From a virus (taxonomy: Duplodnaviria; Caudoviricetes): 27,095 nucleotides of DNA. The stretch is taken from the IMG/VR virus record IMGVR_UViG_3300048762_000473, positions 1 to 27,095 of that record; one strand, given 5' to 3'. Below the pieces are notes generated by a model. That model ran no database searches. It had not been told where the DNA came from and saw only the letters and a program-made list of their open reading frames with translations. Positions 7,506-15,975 of the stretch are shown in pieces. The position numbers were made by a program, and so were the translations under genes. Every line of letters starts with the position of its first letter. Within the stretch, counting starts at the first letter, position 1.

Positions 7506-8020
7506 GAATCACCAATAAGCAACCTGAGTACAAAGATTTTGATATTGGTGATTGGACGTTTGGCTGCCCGACTATAGTCGTCTGCGAGGGCGAGCAGGGC
7601 AAGTTGAAGATTGGGAAGTTCTGCAGCATCGCTGATGGCGTTAGGATCCTACTTGGGGGCGAGCACAATTATAGGAATGTGTCGTCTTACCAGTTTGATA
7701 ATCTGTTCATAAGGTTCAAGCAATTGGGTCCTACTGTGAGGACTAAGGGCGACGTCGTCATTGGGAACGATGTTTGGATAGGGTACGGCGCATTGATTTT
7801 GAGCGGAGTTACGGTTGGAGATGGAGCAGTGATAGGCGCTGGATCAGTTGTTACGAGAGATGTCAAGCCTTATGCAATAGCATGTGGTAACCCCGCTCGC
7901 ATAATCAAGTATCGCTTCAACAAATATGTTATTAGGCGTCTTCTTAGGGAGAAGTGGTGGGATCTGCCCTGGAAGGAGCTGCGTGAGAAGATTCCGTGGC
8001 TTATGAGTTCCTCTGTTTAG
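7502..8020 (+). CDS. CatB/Vat-related hexapeptide-repeat (left-handed beta-helix) O-acetyltransferase
   Basis: LKIGKFCSIA, GGEHNY, KGDVVIGNDVWIG, GVTVGDGAVIGAGSVVTRDV.PYAI..GNPARIIKYRF and KWWD. Confidence 0.92.
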   Translation: MRITNKQPEYKDFDIGDWTFGCPTIVVCEGEQGKLKIGKFCSIADGVRILLGGEHNYRNVSSYQFDNLFIRFKQLGPTVRTKGDVVIGNDVWIGYGALILSGVTVGDGAVIGAGSVVTRDVKPYAIACGNPARIIKYRFNKYVIRRLLREKWWDLPWKELREKIPWLMSSSV

Positions 8021-8022
8021 TT

Positions 8023-8043
8023 ATGCAATAAATTTCTTAAGTA
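8023..8043 (+). promoter_or_regulatory. Late-promoter motif copy 2
   Basis: ATGCAATAAATTTCTTAAGTA, intergenic, upstream of ORF 8084. Confidence 0.7.
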
Positions 8044-8083
8044 TTCAATGTAAATAATTTCTTGAAGGGTGAAGGGGAAATCT

Positions 8084-8245
8084 ATGAGTAAAAATGTGAA
8101 TGCTGTTTTTCCTGTTCCGCTAGATCAATCTGTTTTGGATGATCTTGGCAAGTTGAATGACCAGGTGTTACATGATTTGAAAGTGGATATGGCGACGGCT
8201 CTGAAGAACCGTGTTGCCATGTGGATTCGAGTTACTGATGTTTAA
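8084..8245 (+). CDS. Small protein, possible ribbon-helix-helix DNA binder (53 aa)
   Basis: MSKNVNAVFPVPLDQSVLDDLGKLNDQVLHDLKVDMATALKNRVAMWIRVTDV; GGTGAAGGGG SD-like sequence upstream; strand-helix-helix pattern; not in the ORF track. Confidence 0.55.
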   Translation: MSKNVNAVFPVPLDQSVLDDLGKLNDQVLHDLKVDMATALKNRVAMWIRVTDV

Positions 8246-8639
8246 AATGCCTCGTCGCTCAAAAAACATGTTACTGTATGAAGTTCTCTCAGCTCTGCAT
8301 TCGTCCCCCCTGAAAATCACTAGTTTAATGTATAAAACAAACATTAACTGCGGTGTTCTTGCTGATTTAGTTAGGATTCTTGTAAATAACGGCTATGTTC
8401 AGGCTCCTTATTTTGTAGAGAAGCATCCTTTAAGCTTGAAGAAAACAAGGAAAAAACCCAAGTACCCAACCTTCGGGTATCCTTACACCTTAACTCCGAT
8501 TGGCAAAGCATTTTTTGAGCGTGTTGCCCCAGTTATGGAAGAGTTTCAAACTCTTGTTAACGTTGTTGATGCACAAACTTATGCTTTAGAGGCTCAACGT
8601 TACTCGGTTATTCTGCAGAAAGGTTCTGCCATGCAATAA
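8238..8639 (+). CDS. Archaeal-type winged-helix transcription regulator (HTH_45/ArnR1-like)
   Basis: RRSK..LYEVLSAL...PLKITSLMYKTNIN...L..LV..GYV...YTLTPIGKAF matches the archaeal pattern RRs..ei..dIL...kT.imYkaNl...Y.lTekG. Start is ATG 8238 or 8247. Confidence 0.85.
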   Translation: MFKMPRRSKNMLLYEVLSALHSSPLKITSLMYKTNINCGVLADLVRILVNNGYVQAPYFVEKHPLSLKKTRKKPKYPTFGYPYTLTPIGKAFFERVAPVMEEFQTLVNVVDAQTYALEAQRYSVILQKGSAMQ

Positions 8640-8663
8640 GGGTTTTATGCAAAATTGCTGATA
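8631..8663 (+). promoter_or_regulatory. Late-promoter motif copy 3
   Basis: ATGCAATAAGGGTTTTATGCAAAATTGCTGATA; supplies the stop codon of the wHTH gene; about 22 nt from the TATA-like box to TTG 8672. Confidence 0.75.
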
Positions 8664-8671
8664 GCCTTTCT

Positions 8672-9400
8672 TTGCGGAGACTGTTTAGTTTGGCTACTAT
8701 TGGAATTATTAACGGTGAAGTTGATGCTTCAAAAGCGATTGTTGAGACAGATGATGAGTTGGTTATCCCAGCAATTCTTGCGAGGGAAGCTGTTTTGCCG
8801 TATCCAAAAGGCAAAGCCTACCGGAGTGCCCAAGAACTTCAAGATGCACTATTTACTTTTGATAAGGCTTGGGTAACAGCGGAGAAGCACCCTGAACCTC
8901 TCATAAGCATAGTGACAGATCGGAAACGTCAAATCAAAGGCACTTTATCTGACATTAAACTTGATGCTGACGCTGTGAATCCAGCTGGAAAGAAAAGCCC
9001 GGCAGTTCGGGCGAATGTGCATCTCTTCAAGAAAACTCTCCCTAAGGCCTTCATTGAAGATGTTAAATCGGGTAAACGTAAGGATGTAAGCGTCGGTTTT
9101 ACTTATGATACTGTTGAGAAGTCGGGTGAGTGGCAGGGCGAAAAATACGATTTTATCCAGGAGAACCTGCTCATTAATCATGTTGCTGTTGGCGTGCCTG
9201 TTGGGCGTATGCGGGCTCCATTTATCGGGTTAGGCTGCGATTGCGTTGACTTCGAAACAGAATCAGCCAACTCAGATCTTGCCCAGAAACCTGCTCCAGA
9301 AACTGTAGACACGGCAGCTAAAATCGAAGTTACGTTGCCAATAACACATGAAAACACATCTAACCTAATCGACAAACTCAAACAGATAGCCAACTGGTAA
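8672..9400 (+). CDS. DUF2213-family prohead protease-like protein
   Basis: AREAVLPY, YRSAQEL, VTAEKHP, SGKRKDVSVGF and YDFIQ...NHVAVG...GR; located between the portal/MuF and scaffold/MCP genes. Confidence 0.85.
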   Translation: MRRLFSLATIGIINGEVDASKAIVETDDELVIPAILAREAVLPYPKGKAYRSAQELQDALFTFDKAWVTAEKHPEPLISIVTDRKRQIKGTLSDIKLDADAVNPAGKKSPAVRANVHLFKKTLPKAFIEDVKSGKRKDVSVGFTYDTVEKSGEWQGEKYDFIQENLLINHVAVGVPVGRMRAPFIGLGCDCVDFETESANSDLAQKPAPETVDTAAKIEVTLPITHENTSNLIDKLKQIANW

Positions 9401-9403
9401 AGA

Positions 9404-9470
9404 GGATTAAATTTTAATCCAACCAACGTCTGAAAACCACTCAGTGTTGTTTGCTTCTAAACTTTTTTTT
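9404..9470 (+). terminator. 17-bp palindrome followed by an oligo-T tract
   Basis: GGATTAAA-T-TTTAATCC at 9404-9420, just after the stop codon; T8 at 9463-9470. Confidence 0.4.
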
Positions 9471-9491
9471 CAGCTGTTTTTGTGCAACGTT

Positions 9492-9524
9492 ATGCAATAG
9501 CATTTTTAAGCATTTTTTGTGATA
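9492..9524 (+). promoter_or_regulatory. Late-promoter motif copy 4 (capsid operon)
   Basis: ATGCAATAGCATTTTTAAGCATTTTTTGTGATA, followed by GAGG SD and ATG 9554. Confidence 0.8.
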
Positions 9525-9553
9525 ACTCATTTCTTAATACAAGAGGAACCTAA

Positions 9554-9952
9554 ATGGCAGAACAACCTAAAGATTCTGGGGTGGCACCAAACATGATGCC
9601 TCTGGTAAGGATGAGTTTAGATGAAGCCCTCGACAAAATTAACGTTCTTGAGGCAAGCACCAAAACTTTGGATATCCAACTAAAGCAAGTGACTGAGGAG
9701 AGAAACCAAGTAAACAGTGTTCTCGCCGCTCAAGTACGAGCTTCATTTCTCAACAAGGCTCGGGCTTTAACTCAGATTCCAGAAACCCAACTTCACAAGA
9801 TGGGCAACGACGAACTTGAAAGCATCGTGAAGCTTGCAGAGCAAATTAAACGCCCAAACCCCAAAAGCATCATGTTTAGTGCAGACTCAAACCGAAACGA
9901 AGGTCTCATAGACCTTTATGGCGAGCGAATGAAAAAATTTGGAAGTAGATGA
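9554..9952 (+). CDS. Probable capsid scaffolding protein (coiled coil)
   Basis: Heptad-rich helical sequence; located between the protease and cement/MCP genes. Confidence 0.55.
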   Translation: MAEQPKDSGVAPNMMPLVRMSLDEALDKINVLEASTKTLDIQLKQVTEERNQVNSVLAAQVRASFLNKARALTQIPETQLHKMGNDELESIVKLAEQIKRPNPKSIMFSADSNRNEGLIDLYGERMKKFGSR

Positions 9953-10443
9953 ACATGGGACAAGACATAGTTTACCCAAACAACACAGTAATAGTTGAAG
10001 ACAACGGACTCATAATTGAAGAGTTCGAAGTCGGCGCCAACGCAACTCCAGCAAAGATGCTTCCTGGCAACTGGGTAATTTACGACACCCTTGCAGGAGA
10101 CATTAAAGAGGCAGGAGCCAAAGCACACGGAGTCATAGGCTTACTTTTGGAAAAACCAAACAGCGCCTTAACTGACGCTTACGCTGTTGGAGATCAAGCT
10201 CGCGTAATCACCGGTGGAAACGGCAAAGTCATGGTTCACAGAGCAGCCTCAGCTGGAAACATTGTTCCAGGAACAGCCCTGGTTACTGCGGCAGATGGAC
10301 AAACTACTTTGCAGGCAGTCGGAGGCGCTGGAACACAAGGAGACGTCGTCGCAGTAGGCGCAGTCATACTCGCAGACTCAACCGCAATCGCAAACGTTGT
10401 GGCTCAAATCCAGAAGTCAAATGAGCCAATGGCGGCAACTTAG
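9949..10443 (+). CDS. Capsid cement/decoration protein
   Basis: Gly/Ala/Val-rich beta protein (PG..V...GVIG...YAVGD...V...G...IVPGTALVTAADG), immediately upstream of the MCP. Confidence 0.7.
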   Translation: MNMGQDIVYPNNTVIVEDNGLIIEEFEVGANATPAKMLPGNWVIYDTLAGDIKEAGAKAHGVIGLLLEKPNSALTDAYAVGDQARVITGGNGKVMVHRAASAGNIVPGTALVTAADGQTTLQAVGGAGTQGDVVAVGAVILADSTAIANVVAQIQKSNEPMAAT

Positions 10444-10455
10444 GAGCACAAGAAA

Positions 10456-11355
10456 ATGTCCCCACAATTTAGTATGAGTAGAGTTGGAGCAGACACAGCA
10501 CAACTGCTCGATTCAGACCTTCAATATATTGAAACTCAAGTAACCGAGGCTGTTCGCCAAAAACTCATAGGACGCAACCTGTTTTCACCTGTGAGACTGC
10601 CGGACATCGGCATCAAAGAATGGACCTCCTACGACTTATCAGATATGAGTCAAGCACGCATTGACATGGATGGCTTAAACAAGAGCTTTGATCGCACAAA
10701 GAAAACTGCTAAAACCGTTGCTGTGCCAATGATTCATAAAGAATACAAGCTTCTGTTCCGAGACATAGCAGCTTCCCGACGAAGCGGAATGCCCATAGAC
10801 GTTACTGAACCCCAAAATGCAGCAGTTCAAGTCGCTGAGGAAGAAGACAAACTCCTGTTAACAGGCGAATACACCGGCTGGAGAGCACTTGGAATCGAAG
10901 GCTTAGCCACAGCCACAGGCAGAAACACAGAAGCATCAGACGGAGCATGGAGCACCGCAACAAACATCATAAAAGACGTATCCGACGCCATCGCCGAACT
11001 TGAAGCAGACGGCCACAACGGACCCTACGACATGGTAGTAAGAAGCGCATTATCCGCGGATCTAAGACTGTTAATTGCCAACACAGGCATAACCGCAAGG
11101 GAAAAACTTCTTGGACCAGGATTCATACGCGAAATCTTTGTCAGCGATAACCTCTACGCAAGCAACGGAGCAACCACAAGCGCCCTAGTCGTTGAACCAG
11201 GCCCAATGAACTTCGTCGTTGGCATCGAGCAAGAAGTATCTGTCAACAACTTTATCGACGAAGACATGAACACCAAAGGCAAAGTCTGGGAAATCCTCAC
11301 ACCAAAAATACGCAGACCCACGAGCATATGCGAAATTACAGGAATCACCGCTTAG
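10456..11355 (+). CDS. HK97-fold major capsid protein, encapsulin (Linocin M18)-like
   Basis: LIGRNLF, VPMIHKEYKL..RDIAASRR.G.PID, AAVQVAEEEDKLLLTG...GIEGL and DAIAELEADGHNGPY are motifs shared with family 1 encapsulins; head-module position; GGAG SD. Confidence 0.9.
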   Translation: MSPQFSMSRVGADTAQLLDSDLQYIETQVTEAVRQKLIGRNLFSPVRLPDIGIKEWTSYDLSDMSQARIDMDGLNKSFDRTKKTAKTVAVPMIHKEYKLLFRDIAASRRSGMPIDVTEPQNAAVQVAEEEDKLLLTGEYTGWRALGIEGLATATGRNTEASDGAWSTATNIIKDVSDAIAELEADGHNGPYDMVVRSALSADLRLLIANTGITAREKLLGPGFIREIFVSDNLYASNGATTSALVVEPGPMNFVVGIEQEVSVNNFIDEDMNTKGKVWEILTPKIRRPTSICEITGITA

Positions 11356-11407
11356 GCGGTTCAATTTTCCCCTTTCAAAATAACCTTTTTTTGTTTTTAT
11401 TCTTTTG
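11347..11407 (+). terminator. Terminator after the capsid operon
   Basis: Short hairpin ACCGC-TTAG-GCGGT over the stop codon, followed by several oligo-T tracts. Confidence 0.6.
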
Positions 11408-11766
11408 TGCTATCATCATGTGATTTGACCCTAAGCTCGGCTGGAGATTTCACCCGAAGACTTTACTATTAATAAGTTTTTTTGACCGATTTGATATACT
11501 CACTAACGTTAAAATGAGCTCTTTTATCAATAAATATCCTGCTATTGCCCTATTTACGGAAAAGCAGTTCTAAACGACAGTCTGACGAGAGGGTTGTGGG
11601 TATTGACGCTTTAAACGTTCATCATTAGGGCTGAAATAAAAGCAGTCCTGTTTTAAAAAATATAACTATAATGTATTTACTTCGGCTTTTGAAATGGATA
11701 AAGTATGATTTTAAGGCACCATTTAGATTTTTTAGAATTAAGCAAGTTAACTATAACTAATTATCG

Positions 11767-13857
11767 CTATTTCTGCGGCACTAATTTTATGAAGCTTTCG
11801 ATGTTAGAATCTTCAAGATTTTGATAAACATCGAGATATTTTCCTGTACGGTATGACCTGTTCTTATGAAGACCTTTCAATTGCCTAATCGTCTCTCCTT
11901 TACGTGGCTCTAAAGAGTTAGCTTGATAACTAGCTTCAAAATTAGCTAACAAGGTTGCTGCTTTTTCCGCTATTTGAGTCTCATTTTTGCTCAAAGCAAC
12001 GGCGCCAATTACACCAATGCGCGCAGCAAGCCTAGAAACACCATAACCCGATTTGTCACGTTTAATCATTGAAAGACACATTTCATTTAGCGCCTCTAAG
12101 CCTCCATCGGTTATATCTTTTGCAAATTCAAGAGCTAATACAGCTATCGTTGTAACTGCGTCACCAATTTCTGATGGAGCTGATAAAAACCATTCTTCAT
12201 CAAAGCTATATCCAGCAATATGAATGTAAGCTGACTTCATAATTTTAATTACTATCAGCAGCTCTTCCTTGAATCCTTCTGTTAAGGATTTGAATTTTTC
12301 ATTCAGCATTAATAAAGATAAGTCAAGCAAACAATCAATGCTTGAACCAAGTATATGGGCTGAATGGAGTTTAGATGAAGTATTCGCTATGTTGCCTATT
12401 GCTCTTACTAACTGATTCATGATCTCTTTGCTAAATTCTTCTCTTTGGAACGTTTCTTTCTCTGGATATTCTTCATTCTTTGCTTTTAACGCCGCAAATG
12501 CAACTTTTTGAATAGAATATTCTGGTAGTAAGGTAAAGAGGCTTGTTTGAATTGCCCAATGATTCATACGGTTTTCCATACTCAGCGATGCAAGTTTATC
12601 TATAAATTTTAAAATTCTTCCAGATGCGTAGACATTCCCCTTGAATAAAACAAAACCGTAAAGTAAATCCTTGAGCTGAATAAGTGCAATCGATAACATA
12701 TACCAGCTGTTTTTTTGGATTCCTGCTTTTCCCATTTCAAAGATATAATCCGATGATAATCCTTCCCCACCATTTTTTTGAATAGCCGAATAGCCCACTT
12801 TCTTCATTGACTCCATTGCTATTGTCGAGACATCAACAAAATCTTGTTCAAGAGCTTTCATTCCAAGGTCACGAATATGTGTAAACACTAGGTTCGTGCT
12901 TTGAGGTGGGTAACATTCACTAGATTTCAGCTCAGTTGTCAAACAGCCTATTTCTGTGAAAGCGTACAGGACTTCCTGCATTAAGGCTGTGTCTTTGTTG
13001 TCTAATCCAAGGCTAAATGCCGTTAATAGTTGAGCATTGATATACTCCAAAAACTTGTCTTGAGTCGTAAAGTCATCCTTTCTAATAGTAATATAATTTC
13101 TTGTGATTCTTGTTATCGCCTGGAATCCTTTAATGCTAGTTTCAATTTCTCTTCTTGAAGCGGCTTTGTTTATGACATCATTTATCAATAGAACCTGTTT
13201 TTTTATCGGTTCTTGTAAAGTAGAGTCATTGTAAAAAACAAATTGACGATAAAGTGGCGTACTTACTATAGAGCGTTCATAGGTAGTGCTTGGTTTGATC
13301 TTTTTAATTATTGATTGGACTTTTGAAGGAATTGATGTGATATATTTAATACAATGCTTTTCCGCTCTTTCAATGATATTTCTAGGGTCAATTAGATTAA
13401 TTATGTGAATAAAATGCAATCCAAGTATAAAAAACGAGAAAATGAATGTAACTAATATCATATTAACAATGTATAAATCATTTGAGAATTGTAAACCCAT
13501 TATCGAAAATATTAATGCTCCAACATAATAGCTAAAGAATAATAGTGTAAGGTCATCGCGTTTGTAACTCTCAATAATGCTTGCAGTATAATTGCTCGCT
13601 GCATGTTGAATAACAATTATGGCGATTGAAAAAGATATGGCGAGAATTGTGGCTAGAATTGCGCCAATTGAAGAAAGCATAGTTTGAACCGAAGCAGTGT
13701 TCCAGACTAACCTTAGAGTGTATACATCAAGGGTTGGATTGATTTTTGAAAGAAGACTTGAACTCCAAAATAGGCAAAGAAAATACAAAGAGATAACTAA
13801 CCAAACATAATTTACCTTTATTTTCCGTAAACCAAACAATCGCAAGCTTTTTTTCAT
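11767..13857 (-). CDS. Membrane protein, DUF2254-like N-terminal TM domain plus large helical cytoplasmic region (moron)
   Basis: About four TM helices at the N-terminus with ILATILAISFSIAIIVIQHAASNYT (DUF2254-type Q.as..ys motif); AT-rich and antisense to the structural operon. Confidence 0.75.
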   Translation of the reverse strand: MKKSLRLFGLRKIKVNYVWLVISLYFLCLFWSSSLLSKINPTLDVYTLRLVWNTASVQTMLSSIGAILATILAISFSIAIIVIQHAASNYTASIIESYKRDDLTLLFFSYYVGALIFSIMGLQFSNDLYIVNMILVTFIFSFFILGLHFIHIINLIDPRNIIERAEKHCIKYITSIPSKVQSIIKKIKPSTTYERSIVSTPLYRQFVFYNDSTLQEPIKKQVLLINDVINKAASRREIETSIKGFQAITRITRNYITIRKDDFTTQDKFLEYINAQLLTAFSLGLDNKDTALMQEVLYAFTEIGCLTTELKSSECYPPQSTNLVFTHIRDLGMKALEQDFVDVSTIAMESMKKVGYSAIQKNGGEGLSSDYIFEMGKAGIQKNSWYMLSIALIQLKDLLYGFVLFKGNVYASGRILKFIDKLASLSMENRMNHWAIQTSLFTLLPEYSIQKVAFAALKAKNEEYPEKETFQREEFSKEIMNQLVRAIGNIANTSSKLHSAHILGSSIDCLLDLSLLMLNEKFKSLTEGFKEELLIVIKIMKSAYIHIAGYSFDEEWFLSAPSEIGDAVTTIAVLALEFAKDITDGGLEALNEMCLSMIKRDKSGYGVSRLAARIGVIGAVALSKNETQIAEKAATLLANFEASYQANSLEPRKGETIRQLKGLHKNRSYRTGKYLDVYQNLEDSNIESFIKLVPQK

Positions 13858-13955
13858 ATCAAAATGATAATTTAGTCGGTGTTAGAATAAATGTCTTTGG
13901 AAAAACTGTTTGATTATCTATAAATTATTTTTCTTTTACGGGTTTGGCATGTTTT

Positions 13956-13974
13956 ATGCAATAAAACTTAAGTA
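13956..13974 (+). promoter_or_regulatory. Late-promoter motif copy 5
   Basis: ATGCAATAAAACTTAAGTA; restarts + strand expression after the antisense insert. Confidence 0.7.
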
Positions 13975-14006
13975 AAAAATCTGTTTTTTAATGGTGTGAT
14001 TGTTGT

Positions 14007-14291
14007 ATGCTGAGATTTAAGGTTCTTTCAAAGGTTCATGGTTTTCATTTTAAGGGGAGAAGGTATTTTCCTGGTGAAATTGTTGAGTGCTCTGAAGAGG
14101 ACGCTGCACTTTTTAACTTGGATTTTCTTGAAAGTGTACCTGAAACGGCTCAAAAAGTTGAGGTTTCTGTTTCGGATGTGGTGAATGCGGTTGCCCTGTT
14201 GGAGCCTGAAGTTAAAGTTGACGAGTTATTTGTTCATCCTGAAGGCAAAAGAAAAGTAAAGCCGAGAGTTTTACCAAAGGTTCAACCATGA
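14007..14291 (+). CDS. Small head-associated/hypothetical virion protein
   Basis: FKVL...FHFKGRRYFPGEIVECSEEDAA pattern, typical of small proteins encoded after the MCP. Confidence 0.6.
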   Translation: MLRFKVLSKVHGFHFKGRRYFPGEIVECSEEDAALFNLDFLESVPETAQKVEVSVSDVVNAVALLEPEVKVDELFVHPEGKRKVKPRVLPKVQP

Positions 14292-14464
14292 CGCGGATCC
14301 GGGTTTGTGGAACTGTGGATTCTGCGCTTGCTCGAGAAATAGATCTTGAGTATGAAGAGCGTAAACGTCTATCTCATAAGCTTGGAGAAGAGGAGCCAAG
14401 TTACAGTGATGTTCTTCAGGTGCTTTTGAAGAAGGGTCTTATTCGTGTTAAGCCTGTGCAATAA
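14288..14464 (+). CDS. Probable ribbon-helix-helix protein (58 aa)
   Basis: MTRIRVCGTVDSALAREIDLEYEERKRLSHKLGEEEPSYSDVLQVLLKKGLIRVKPVQ; ATGA-coupled; S.SdVl..lL..GL second helix; not in the ORF track. Confidence 0.65.
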   Translation: MTRIRVCGTVDSALAREIDLEYEERKRLSHKLGEEEPSYSDVLQVLLKKGLIRVKPVQ

Positions 14465-14485
14465 GGCTTTAATTGTTTCTAGATA
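14456..14485 (+). promoter_or_regulatory. Late-promoter motif copy 6
   Basis: GTGCAATAAGGCTTTAATTGTTTCTAGATA; supplies the stop codon of the RHH gene; GAGG SD before TTG 14507. Confidence 0.65.
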
Positions 14486-14506
14486 ACTGGGCTTGAGGCT
14501 AAATTA

Positions 14507-15121
14507 TTGACTGAGCAAGTCGCGATTATTGTGATCGGGCAAACTTTTGTTGATGTTCCCCACGGTTCATCTAGTACGCTAACTGTTGACGACATCGCTG
14601 TTACTCCTCATGATAATTTGGGGGGGCGGAGCTGGTGGATCGACACTATTGGCTCAGCCAATTTCCGCTTGAACATAAGCTCTGCTGATGGCGGATCCAC
14701 TCATGAGTTTGGGTGGCGTCTTCTCTCAGAAACATATGAGCCTGCAGCTGGTCGCTATGGTATTTTGGTGGCTGTGAAGAATCTTTGCTTAATTGATTTA
14801 GCTGAGACTTCTTTTGATGCTCAGTTGGATACGATGATTAAGGCAGCTGACAACATCATCAACACTACCCTCAAACGTTGCGGCGCCACAGTTCCGTTGG
14901 TTTCTCCAGACGATATTATTCATGATATAAGCAATTATCTGGCTGCTGGATTGTTTAAGCAAAAGGATGTTCCAGATGAGAAGGTGCATAGTTTCTACAC
15001 GGTTGGCATGAACCTGCTTAAGGAGTATGTTGCAGCAAACTACCCCGCTGAGGCTTCTATAGGAGGTTCAGTTCCTACAACTAATCAGTCGTTGGCTTAC
15101 GGTGTGGGGCTCGCGACTTAG
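14507..15121 (+). CDS. Head-tail adaptor (gp15/gp6/Mu gp36-like) with an extra N-terminal beta domain
   Basis: C-terminal half VKNLC.I......DAQL..MIKAADNIINTTL...VPL...DIIHDISNYLAAG is a helical adaptor pattern; the first ~72 aa are beta-rich. Confidence 0.7.
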   Translation: MTEQVAIIVIGQTFVDVPHGSSSTLTVDDIAVTPHDNLGGRSWWIDTIGSANFRLNISSADGGSTHEFGWRLLSETYEPAAGRYGILVAVKNLCLIDLAETSFDAQLDTMIKAADNIINTTLKRCGATVPLVSPDDIIHDISNYLAAGLFKQKDVPDEKVHSFYTVGMNLLKEYVAANYPAEASIGGSVPTTNQSLAYGVGLAT

Positions 15122-15562
15122 ATGTCTATTCGTCTTTCTGTTCGAGCTCAATATTCGCGTGTGCAGGCTTACTTGAAGGCAGCTCCGCAGCGAAGTGAGG
15201 TTGTTAAGCGGCTTTGGTGTGAGCAGGGAAGCGAAGAAACAGCTAATTTTATGAGGGGGATTGTCCCGGTGAAAACAGGTTTCTTGAGGGATAGTATATC
15301 TGCAAAGATTACTGCTAACGGTTTTTCTGTTTTCCCAACAGCATCCTACTCGAAATTTGTAGATCAACCTACCAAGCCTCACCGCATTTTTCCTAAGGGT
15401 GCACGTGTTCTTAGGTGGTTTGGTGAAGGTGGATCTCCGATTTTCTCTGCGTTTGTTGAGCATCCTGGAACTAAAGGCGCCTTCTTCATTAAACGGACTA
15501 AGGAAGGGATGAAGGCGGTTCTGAAACAACTTTATGTTATGATTTGGAGGGAAAATAATTGA
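15122..15562 (+). CDS. HK97 gp10-like tail completion/neck protein
   Basis: PVKTGFLRDSI, YSKFV..PTKPH.I.P and V.HPGTKG..F. Confidence 0.85.
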   Translation: MSIRLSVRAQYSRVQAYLKAAPQRSEVVKRLWCEQGSEETANFMRGIVPVKTGFLRDSISAKITANGFSVFPTASYSKFVDQPTKPHRIFPKGARVLRWFGEGGSPIFSAFVEHPGTKGAFFIKRTKEGMKAVLKQLYVMIWRENN

Positions 15563-15975
15563 CTCAGGATGCTCCAGCAATTAAGGCGGCTATTCTTTCA
15601 AAGTTGATTGCTTCAGTGGATCTTTCTGCTGTTAAGAAGTGGCTTAAAGCTGAGCCTATACCAACTCAGTACCCGACTTCTCCGTTTGGGTGGGTAGAAT
15701 ATAATGGGGGACCGCGTAAGCCTTCTGCTGGAACTAAAGAAGTGTTCGACGACTTCTTTGTTGTAATTGTGGTTAAAAGCGGAAAGCCTGATGAGAATGA
15801 GGATTCTGCTATGGCATTAGCGAAGGCCGCGGAGGCTGTCCTAGAGGCGGATCCGCAGTTGAACAACACCACTTTTGACAGTTACGTTAGTAACCGTGAG
15901 AAACAGAAGGTTTTCGCGTCTGATTACGATATTGTGGCTATTCGTTTAACTGTTCACACTTGGCGGTATGCTTAG
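15559..15975 (+). CDS. Probable tail terminator protein
   Basis: Size, alpha/beta pattern (IKAAILSKL...YP...V...VLEADPQL) and position between the gp10-like and tail tube genes. Confidence 0.65.
   Translation: MTQDAPAIKAAILSKLIASVDLSAVKKWLKAEPIPTQYPTSPFGWVEYNGGPRKPSAGTKEVFDDFFVVIVVKSGKPDENEDSAMALAKAAEAVLEADPQLNNTTFDSYVSNREKQKVFASDYDIVAIRLTVHTWRYA

Noticed and set aside
7871-7883. TATGCAATAGCAT identical to the start of promoter copy 4
   Set aside because: It lies inside the acetyltransferase (encodes the conserved YAIA) and lacks the downstream TATA-like box.
7502-8020. Calling this a bona fide catB or vat resistance gene
   Set aside because: The hexapeptide motifs are shared with many non-resistance acetylases and substrate cannot be read from the sequence; no gene symbol assigned.
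9554-11355. Cellular encapsulin nanocompartment operon
   Set aside because: No cargo enzyme (DyP, ferritin-like) is present and the gene sits within a full terminase-portal-tail module.
11582-11636. Hammerhead-like CTGACGA...GAAA in the intergenic region
   Set aside because: The bases flanking the core cannot form stem II, and no convincing stems I/III were found.
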